Assembly: GCA_046861385.1 (NCBI GenBank)
Contig: JBHHTW010000026.1
Span: 1-32,660, forward strand
DNA: 32,660 bases
Reading direction: 5' to 3'
Origin: Fidelibacterota bacterium
GTDB lineage: Bacteria; Fidelibacterota; Marinisomatia; Marinisomatales; TCS55
The notes beneath the pieces were generated by a model, which ran no database searches, was not told the DNA's origin, and was given only the letters and a program-made list of their open reading frames with translations. Of the stretch, positions 1-7,684 are shown piece by piece. Position 1 is the stretch's first letter, and the number at the start of each line of letters is the position of its first letter. Both the position numbers and the translations under genes were made by a program.

Positions 1-105
1 GGAGCAGCCGGAAACGGTCAATAAATTGATTAGGGACTTTATAAATCAATCTGCTTAAAAGGTTTTACTTTAATTATTTAAAAGTGATTGAGGAAGAAAT
101 AGGTA

Positions 106-1292
106 CTAAAACCAATGTTCTATTTTATTAGAAAGGAATTTTTCAATTGGAATTCCCTGATTTCCAATAAGGAGAATTTTAGTTGGTTTAAACTGTTCTG
201 AAAATGTTTTCAGACCGGATAGGCTTGTTTTTTGTAATCCGATTTTTACTTCTATAGCAACCAGTGACGGATATTGTTCTACGATAAAATCTACTTCCCG
301 ATTGATATGTCTCCAGTAATAAATATCAAAATAGTTTTGAGTTGCATTGTTAATTATATGAGTTCCAATGGCAGATTCAACCAACCGTCCACAAAAAACA
401 GGATTTTCTTTCGCCGTGATCAAATCGTAATTGGAAACGGCCGTCATTAACCCTGTATTCATCACATTCAATTTAGGACTTGATCCGCGCCGGCGGACCT
501 GTTCTCCTGCAAATTTTTTTATTTCCGTCAACATACCGGTACCGGACAATAAATATAAATAATGAGCCAATGTGGTTGTATTACCTGCATCTTGGAGTTG
601 ACCTAGCATTTTTGTATAAGACAATATTTGCACAGAATATTCACAACCAAGAAAAAAACTCTTCGGAGTAATGCCGGCTTATCCACCCGATTCATCAATA
701 ATATATCTCTGGATATGGTTGGCTCAACCAAGGAATCATTGATATAATTTTTCCATCTTTGATAGTCATGAATAAATTCTGCCGCTCCAGGATAGCCGCC
801 GAAAAAAATGAATTCTTCGAGAGAAAAATTAAAAGCTTCTTTCATTTCAGGATATGACCAATGGGTGATCGGAATGATTTCAAACCTGCCTGCCAGACTT
901 TCGGTAAGCCCTTTTTGAATTAATAATGGTGCCGACCCAAGCAACACAACTTTTAATCCAATGTGATTTTTTGTATCCTCATCCCACAATCTCTTTATCG
1001 TCTCAGATCATTGGGATAATTTCTGAATTTCGTCAAGTACCAAAATACCAGTTTGATTATTTGACACTGAAATTAATGATCGCGCGATTTCCCACTGTTG
1101 CTCAATCCAAATTTCGTTTTGCAAAGATGGCTGGTCTGCTGAAATATAATGTGCAGGTACAGTTATTTCTTCCAGCACTTGATTCGCAAGTGTGGTTTTA
1201 ACCGTTTGACGGGAACCTGCAAGAACCTGAATAAATTTCCGAGGCTCTTTCAGGCGCTCGCGCAGTCGATTATATATTGGTCGCCGGTACAT
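106..1292 (-). pseudogene. AAA+ ATPase (AAA_14 + DUF4143 family), disrupted
   Basis: Three ORF pieces join into one protein: Walker A-like AGSRQTVKTT, Walker B LVLDEIQK, LLGSAPLL, ESLAGRF, GGYP and C-terminal YYWR..EVDF..AIEVK. There is an in-frame TGA at 1010-1008 (KLSQ*SETIKRLWDED) and a frameshift at the A7 tract 652-658. Likely ATG at 1292. Confidence 0.88.
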
Positions 1293-1336
1293 TTTGCTCA
1301 ACACATTGAGTAAAATAACTCAATACGTTGAGTAAA
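1292..1336. promoter_or_regulatory. Tandem operator-like palindromes (CTCAA-N4-TTGAGTAAA x2)
   Basis: ttttgctcaa-caca-ttgagtaaaa (1292-1315) and actcaa-tacg-ttgagt (1318-1333), 22-bp period, directly upstream of the ATPase start. Confidence 0.45.
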
Positions 1337-1489
1337 TATAATTATTCGGTATTATACAGGCGAGGGAAATAGTAACAATATTGAGAGAACTGGAAGTGAA
1401 TATGAGTATTTAGAACAGATGGAACGGCAAGAAATCGTAAATAAAATTATCAGTAAATTCATTAGCAGAAATAAGGATCATTAACGAAT

Positions 1490-2341
1490 ATGTTTAGGGA
1501 AGATTTACTAAAAGATAAAACAATTATTGTCACAGGAGGAGGGACAGGTCTTGGGAAATCCATGGCCACCCGTTTTGGAGAATTGGGTGCAAATTTGGTT
1601 ATTGCCAGCAGGCGGGAGGACGTTATCCAATCTGCAGCAGAGGAGTTAAGGCAGACCGGCGCTGATGTGCTGGGTTTATCCTGCGATGTACGCAAACCCC
1701 ATAGTGTACAGGAAATGGTGGGAGCAGCAAAAGAAAAATTTGGGAAAATTGACGTTTTGCTGAATAATGCCGCCGGGAATTTTATCAGCCCAACAGAAAA
1801 TTTGTCGCCAGGCGGATTCAAAGTTGTTGTTGATATCGTACTTAATGGAACTTTCAATTGTACTCATGCTGTGGGAAAGGAAATGATAGATCAAAGCGGC
1901 GGAACAATGTTGAATATTGTCACAACCTACGCGTGGACCGGATCGGGGTATGTGGTTCCTTCTGCGGCAGCCAAAGCAGGCGTTTTGGCTATTACACGAT
2001 CTCTGGCGGTGGAATGGGCAAAATACGGAATCCGAATGAACGCTATTGCACCGGGGCCATTTCCCACAGAAGGCGCTTGGTCAAGGCTGGCTCCTCCGGG
2101 ACTGGGAATTGAAAAGAAGATGAAAAATCGCATACCTCTCAAAAGGTTTGGTGAACATATTGAATTAGCCAATCTGGCATCATATTTGATTAGCGACGAA
2201 GCCGGATACATCAATGGAGAAGTCGTGACCATAGATGGAGGAGAATGGCTGAAAGGAGCCGGGGAATTCAACGAATTGGATAAAATACCCAAAATGGCTT
2301 GGAAAGCTATGGAATTAATGAGGAAAAAGTCTAAAAAATAG
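1490..2341 (+). CDS. SDR family oxidoreductase, 2,4-dienoyl-CoA reductase-like
   Basis: TGGGTGLG Rossmann motif, LNNAAGNF, SAAAKAG, NAIAPGP and VVTIDGG; AAGGA RBS upstream. Confidence 0.9.
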   Translation: MFREDLLKDKTIIVTGGGTGLGKSMATRFGELGANLVIASRREDVIQSAAEELRQTGADVLGLSCDVRKPHSVQEMVGAAKEKFGKIDVLLNNAAGNFISPTENLSPGGFKVVVDIVLNGTFNCTHAVGKEMIDQSGGTMLNIVTTYAWTGSGYVVPSAAAKAGVLAITRSLAVEWAKYGIRMNAIAPGPFPTEGAWSRLAPPGLGIEKKMKNRIPLKRFGEHIELANLASYLISDEAGYINGEVVTIDGGEWLKGAGEFNELDKIPKMAWKAMELMRKKSKK

Positions 2342-2591
2342 ACTTTAGTAAATCTACAATATAACTCCCGAAAATTCTGTAAAGGATAATAGTGTAGGGA
2401 ATTGCAAAGGCGAAAAACATAAAGGGACTACTTCTAAATTCATTTGAATATGGGCTTTTTTGTGTCTTTTCAAAAAGATTACGGAGTCCAATCATGGTTA
2501 CGTGAGCAGAATAGCTTGCGATAGCAAATAGAAATATAACCACAAGGTGTTCTATCCATGTCAATGAATTAAGCCATTTACCAAAACTCAT
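2331..2591 (-). CDS. Small membrane protein (about 2 TM helices), unknown function
   Basis: 86-aa ORF starting 2 bp after the ROK stop, with an AGGAG RBS and two hydrophobic segments. Confidence 0.7.
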   Translation of the reverse strand: MSFGKWLNSLTWIEHLVVIFLFAIASYSAHVTMIGLRNLFEKTQKSPYSNEFRSSPFMFFAFAIPYTIILYRIFGSYIVDLLKSIF

Positions 2592-2593
2592 AC

Positions 2594-3469
2594 TTACTCT
2601 CCTAAAAAAGCCGCCCCGTAGACACCGGCCGAATCACCCAATTTATTCTTTAAAATGGGCGTTACAACATGATCGCTGAATGTTTCTCGATAAACAGCGT
2701 CTTTTCCTTCGGTATACAAAAGGTCGATATTAGAAAGGCCGCCACCCAATACAATTGCATCCGGATCCAAAATATCAATAATATGACTCAGGGCTTTCCC
2801 AAAATTCAGAATAAAATTTTCTTTCCATTTGGGATAGGCTAAATACAGTTTTTGATCAATTATTTCGGAGGCTACTTTATTTTCGCCTGTTAAATCCAGC
2901 CATTCTTTTTCCAAAGCGGTACCGCTGATGTAAGATTCAGTACAGCCATTATTGCCACAATAGCAATCACGCCCATCTGGGTATAAAACATGATGACCCC
3001 ATTCCCCGGCAATATGATTCGGTCCACGGTGGATTTTTCCGTTGATGACTATGCCTCCGCCAACACCGGTGCCCATAATGACCCCAAACACAACTTCAGC
3101 GTCTTTGGCCGCTCCCATGGTTGCTTCTGCCAATGCAAAACAATTGGCATCGTTTTCCATTTGAACTGGTACATTGAATTCTTTTTCCAGGTCTTTCTGC
3201 AAAGGCTGACCGATAAGGCAAATGGTATTACTATTTTTCATAATACCCACAGTTGGGTCTATTGCTCCCGGCGTGCAGATCCCAATCTGATACACGGATT
3301 CCGCTTGAGATATTAATTCATTCCCTAAGGCTCCGATGCGATTGATAATTGAATTATATCCATTTTCCCGACTCGTTGGTACACGTTTTCTTTCTAAAGT
3401 GTTACCATTGCTGTCTAATAAAATACCCTCTATTTTTGTGCCGCCAAGATCAATGCCGATTCTATTCAT
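2594..3469 (-). CDS. ROK family sugar kinase (fructokinase/Mak-like)
   Basis: GIDLGGTK, ENDANCFALAE, GTGVGGG, AGEWGH, the CYCG..GC zinc motif, VLGGGLS and GDSAGVYGAA. Confidence 0.93.
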   Translation of the reverse strand: MNRIGIDLGGTKIEGILLDSNGNTLERKRVPTSRENGYNSIINRIGALGNELISQAESVYQIGICTPGAIDPTVGIMKNSNTICLIGQPLQKDLEKEFNVPVQMENDANCFALAEATMGAAKDAEVVFGVIMGTGVGGGIVINGKIHRGPNHIAGEWGHHVLYPDGRDCYCGNNGCTESYISGTALEKEWLDLTGENKVASEIIDQKLYLAYPKWKENFILNFGKALSHIIDILDPDAIVLGGGLSNIDLLYTEGKDAVYRETFSDHVVTPILKNKLGDSAGVYGAAFLGE

Positions 3470-4094
3470 TTATCAGTTCTTCCAGAATGGTTTTGAATTC
3501 AGATAATATCATGGATGTGGCTCCCCACACCTTGTATTGGTTAAAGTGAAAATAAGGGACATTTACATCAAATCCCCTGATATTTCTATTTTCGATTTTC
3601 ATATTGTTGCTATCAACAAGATCATTCACCTGCACCGGAAAAACAGTTTCAACTTCATTTGGCTCGGGATTTATTTCTAATAGTGAATGGGTCATTCCCA
3701 CAAACGGATGAATCTTAAAACCGGTTACAATAACGAATAAAGGAGAGAGTGGGCCCAGAAGCTTTATATTATCGGTTGCAACACCGATTTCTTCGTTTGT
3801 TTCCCGAAGTGCAGTTTCCCACAAGGTTTCTCCGGATTCCTGTGCACCGCCAGGCAGTGATATTTGACCCCGATGGTGTTCCACCGTATGGGTTCTTTCA
3901 GTTAGGAAAAAACAAATATCTCCCTGATGTTCATGAATGAGAATAAGGACAGCAGATGGTCTGGCATCCTCTTCCTTATTAGTAAAATTATATAATGGTT
4001 TAGATTTGATACCCATTATGGTATGGGCATTCTTCCCGGGGAGTGTCGTCTCCAATCGTTTTTCTAAATGAATTGATAATTCTGTAAGGTTCAT
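3462..4094 (-). CDS. Nudix hydrolase, CoA pyrophosphatase (NudL/Pcd1-like)
   Basis: SAVLI, TER...HRGQISLPGG, Nudix box ALRETNEEIG, EVETVF and VWGATSMIL. Confidence 0.92.
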   Translation of the reverse strand: MNLTELSIHLEKRLETTLPGKNAHTIMGIKSKPLYNFTNKEEDARPSAVLILIHEHQGDICFFLTERTHTVEHHRGQISLPGGAQESGETLWETALRETNEEIGVATDNIKLLGPLSPLFVIVTGFKIHPFVGMTHSLLEINPEPNEVETVFPVQVNDLVDSNNMKIENRNIRGFDVNVPYFHFNQYKVWGATSMILSEFKTILEELINE

Positions 4095-4149
4095 CAGGCA
4101 GAAAACTTATCGTTTTTTTCCCAAAACTACTGCATGTTTACGGTTGATT

Positions 4150-4800
4150 ATGAAACTTCAACACATCATTTGGGACTGGAACGGTACATTGCTCAATGAC
4201 AGATGGCTTTGTGTTGAATCCATTAATAAAACACTGCGAAGACGAAATCTGCCAACGATAACAGAAGAAAAATATTTAGATATATTTTGTTTTCCCGTTG
4301 AAGATTATTACAAAAAACTGGGATTTGATTTTGATAAAGAACCATTCACCATTACCGGAACTGAGTTTATAAAAAACTACAATTCACGGTTCCAAGAACC
4401 GGAATTGCATGATGGCGTCATCGAACTTCTTGATTTCTTCCAAAAAAGAGGGATGACCCAATCCGTTTTATCTGCCGGGAAACTGGAATATGTTAATGAT
4501 TGTATTTTCCATCACAGTCTTGAAAAATATTTCATCAGCATGCTGGGAATCGACAATCATTATGCCGGTGGAAAAACAGATATTGGTAAAGCATGGATCA
4601 AAAAAATGCATTTTAGTCCACAAGAATGTTTGATCATTGGAGATACACTTCACGATTTGGATGTTGCCAGGGAAATGGGTGTGAATTGTGTGTTGATTGC
4701 CCAAGGTCATACAAGCCGGGCACGGTTGGATGCAACAGGGGCGAAAGTTTTCGAAAACCTTTCCGAATTTAGAGAGTGGTTTTCCTTGGAAAATGATTAA
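4150..4800 (+). CDS. HAD family hydrolase (phosphoglycolate phosphatase-like)
   Basis: Motif I WDWNGTL, motif II LSA and motif IV IGDTLHD; ATG at 4150. Confidence 0.9.
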   Translation: MKLQHIIWDWNGTLLNDRWLCVESINKTLRRRNLPTITEEKYLDIFCFPVEDYYKKLGFDFDKEPFTITGTEFIKNYNSRFQEPELHDGVIELLDFFQKRGMTQSVLSAGKLEYVNDCIFHHSLEKYFISMLGIDNHYAGGKTDIGKAWIKKMHFSPQECLIIGDTLHDLDVAREMGVNCVLIAQGHTSRARLDATGAKVFENLSEFREWFSLEND

Positions 4801-4809
4801 TTAGATAAA

Positions 4810-4842
4810 AACTTTGCGGAAGTTTGAAACTTCCGCAAAGTT
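4810..4842. repeat. Perfect inverted repeat (REP-like or bidirectional terminator)
   Basis: AACTTTGCGGAAGTTT-G-AAACTTCCGCAAAGTT, 16-bp arms, between the HAD stop and the convergent duplicated M14 3' end. Confidence 0.75.
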
Positions 4843-4881
4843 ATGTTTTTACTAAAATAAGAGATGGAAGTAATAAACTTT

Positions 4882-4970
4882 TACCACTCAACCGAAGCCC
4901 TGGCGCCTAAGCCAGGACCATAAAACATAGCGTTCAGCAATAACCGTTCACTTCCTCTAAAATATCCTCT
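4882..4970 (-). repeat. Direct repeat copy 1: duplicated 3' end of the M14 peptidase gene (att-like)
   Basis: 89 bp identical to 7686-7774, encoding RGYFRGSERLLLNAMFYGPGLGARASVEW. It ends in TAA here and in TAG in the gene copy. Confidence 0.95.
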
Positions 4971-5157
4971 CAAGTAAATATACAAGATTTATTCTATTAG
5001 GTAAAATTTTTTTCCAAGTCTTTAACAACATATACTAGTCTAATAACCTTCTAATTGACTAATTGAAATAGTTAAATAAATCTGTACGAGGAAAAGTCTA
5101 TGGTTAATGTTGAAACTGTTTACAGGAAATAACGGAATAATTGGCTATAATAATTAA

Positions 5158-7428
5158 TCATCGTAGAATTATCATCTTCTTTGTAATGGATATATCCGAC
5201 GTTTGTAATCGGTAAAAATATATACCGGAAGGAATTTTTGAAGAATCAAAAAGTAAGCTATGCCTTCCGGATTCGACTACACCATTAAATAATATCATTA
5301 TCCGTTGTCCAAGAACATTGATAACTTCAACTAACACTTTTTCTCTCAATGGCGAAGAAAATTCAATAGTTGTTTGTGGATTAAACGGATTTGGGAAATT
5401 TTGATAGAGTTTAAATTGGCTAGGAATGATTTCTTCATCGCTGTTTTCTATTGACATCACAAAGTTGTTTCGGAAAATCCAAATACCTCCTGACGCATCT
5501 GCCAAAACTATGGTGTCGTTTTTAACCGCAACGCCCATGGCTGATGCCTCACTAAACAGTGCAATTTCTTGTGGATTTGTAGGGTCAGAAATATCTATGA
5601 CCCCAAAATCCCGATCTACCCAATAAATAAAATGTTTAGAAACTGCAATATCGAAACTGTTAGCACCATAATGTGTTGGTGTTGAACCAATTAAGAAAGG
5701 AGAATATGGGTTGGAAATATTGACTATGAACATTTCACTTGTTGCAACAAAAGCAAGTGAATCGTATACTGCAACTCCCAGAGCGATATCTAGAATACTA
5801 CTCACCGCTACTGGATTAATGGGATTGCTCCAATCAATAATTCTCAATCCACTATCCGGTGTTGCCAAATAGGCAAAACTATCCTTTATCGCAATATGAT
5901 ACGGTCTATAAGGAGCACGAAAAACACTCACTTGTGTGGGTTCTAAGGAATTGTTAACATCAATGATTTCTAATATAGAGTCACTATATGCCCAATTTGC
6001 GCCGGTCATAAATATCAAATTTCCTGATAGTGCAAGAGAGTTGGGATGAGAAGAATAATATTGCTCTTTTGCAATTCCAATGTGATGACTTACGATATAC
6101 GGATTTTGGACATCCGAAATATCTATTACCCATAATCCACGGGTTGTATCTCCAGTAGCCCAACCCCAATTAACAACATAGGCAAAACTATCGGATACCA
6201 CAACATCAGCGGTCCAACCATGCATATTGATATTTGCTATTCTCTCCGGCTGCTCCGGATTGGATATATCCAGAATCCAAAGCCCTGACCAACCGCTGGC
6301 AACAAAAGCAAGATCCCCTCTTAAAGCCACTTTGTTCGTATACTGACTGGTTGGGAAAAAAGTGTGATCTTTTAAAGAATCTACCTGGGTTGCATCCACG
6401 ACCCAAAGACCGGATGTATAAGCAGCAAAGATAGTTTCATTATTTGAAGATATGGCATATCCATCCTTCAACGAAGCGCTATTTTTTTCTATATGTCCGA
6501 CAACAAAAGGATTCCATGGGTCCGACACATCAACAGAATAAATTCCTGCAGCGCGCGTAGCAGCATAGGCATAGTTTCCTTGAACGGTTAATGAACGAAT
6601 AGCAACGCCATGATTTTCACTAGTTGTTATTCTAATCTGACCAAGTTCAATGGGAGAATACGGTTTTGAAACATTAAAAATCCTGAAATTGGCGCCGCCC
6701 CCACCTACGCCAACGTACAGAAGATTATCTTGTACAAAAGCGCTGAGTCCCGTACCTCCAACATCCAGAAATGAATAATCCAAATTATCCGGATTGGTTG
6801 CATTTACTATGGTTATATCCGGCCATTCAGGGTTGCCAACATAAGCATAGGGACCTTTAGCAGCTAAACACCGTGGAAACTCTCCTCCCGCCGCCATACC
6901 GCTCATCACTACTGGATCGGTTGGATCGGAAACATCAACGACAAATACTGAAGCACCATAGGTGGTTACAAATGCTAATGAATCTTCAACGACTACCTTT
7001 AATGCTCCACTTGAGATATCTACTTCACCCAGATTTTGTGGATTGATTGGGTCGTAAATCGATAATATTTGCAGTGAAAAACCATTTACCAGATACAATA
7101 AAGAATCTCCAACAAAAATATCATTGATCATTCCATCAGTAAGATACTCTCCAACAATAGCAGGAGATTCTGGGTTGGAAACATCCAATATATGTAAAGT
7201 CGGTCCGTTTCCAATAAAAGCATAATTTTCTCTTGTTGCTACAGCCCAACAAGATCCCCAAGCCCAACGTCCAATTACCTCTAATGAAGAATCACTTATT
7301 TCAAAACTATTATTAATAAGTCCTGTGGGGTAATAATGGTCAGGTTGATCATAATCAGAAATTTGCCCAGCATCAAGTATGATAAAATGTAGAAAAATAA
7401 ATAGAATAAAGCATTCTATCATATTCAT
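5158..7428 (-). CDS. Secreted LVIVD-repeat protein with T9SS type A (Por secretion) C-terminal sorting domain
   Basis: Many repeats of the type AYVA...GLWILDISNPxxP; C-terminus FKLYQNFPNPFNPQTTI...SGIYFYRL...KKMIILR. Start uncertain (ATG 7428 chosen; 7482 or 7422 possible). Confidence 0.85.
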   Translation of the reverse strand: MNMIECFILFIFLHFIILDAGQISDYDQPDHYYPTGLINNSFEISDSSLEVIGRWAWGSCWAVATRENYAFIGNGPTLHILDVSNPESPAIVGEYLTDGMINDIFVGDSLLYLVNGFSLQILSIYDPINPQNLGEVDISSGALKVVVEDSLAFVTTYGASVFVVDVSDPTDPVVMSGMAAGGEFPRCLAAKGPYAYVGNPEWPDITIVNATNPDNLDYSFLDVGGTGLSAFVQDNLLYVGVGGGGANFRIFNVSKPYSPIELGQIRITTSENHGVAIRSLTVQGNYAYAATRAAGIYSVDVSDPWNPFVVGHIEKNSASLKDGYAISSNNETIFAAYTSGLWVVDATQVDSLKDHTFFPTSQYTNKVALRGDLAFVASGWSGLWILDISNPEQPERIANINMHGWTADVVVSDSFAYVVNWGWATGDTTRGLWVIDISDVQNPYIVSHHIGIAKEQYYSSHPNSLALSGNLIFMTGANWAYSDSILEIIDVNNSLEPTQVSVFRAPYRPYHIAIKDSFAYLATPDSGLRIIDWSNPINPVAVSSILDIALGVAVYDSLAFVATSEMFIVNISNPYSPFLIGSTPTHYGANSFDIAVSKHFIYWVDRDFGVIDISDPTNPQEIALFSEASAMGVAVKNDTIVLADASGGIWIFRNNFVMSIENSDEEIIPSQFKLYQNFPNPFNPQTTIEFSSPLREKVLVEVINVLGQRIMILFNGVVESGRHSLLFDSSKIPSGIYFYRLQTSDISITKKMIILR

Positions 7429-7684
7429 TCTGATTCCATTGAGGAATTTGGTTAATCGTTTAATTAATAGATTAGAAATCATCTTGTAATGTATATTTTT
7501 ATTTATAACATTGGAAAGTCTATCATGATAATTACAATTTTGCCACAAATTAATGTGAAAATGTTAATATTATCATTGCTCTCACTTGTTTGGATTACCT
7601 AATGGTCTGAAAAACCAGCCTTTATAATACTGTTGAAATGTACTTTAACAGAGTAAATACTCGTCGATTTTGTTGCCGAAAAAC

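Noticed and set aside
1-24. Possible 3' end of an upstream plus-strand gene (GAAGNGQ*)
   Set aside because: Too short to support; the context lies outside the window.
1008-1010. TGA read as Trp (alternative genetic code) or as Sec in the ATPase
   Set aside because: TGA is a normal stop elsewhere (24550, 25377, 27032, 30842), TGG is widely used, the position is Trp rather than Cys, and the gene has other lesions.
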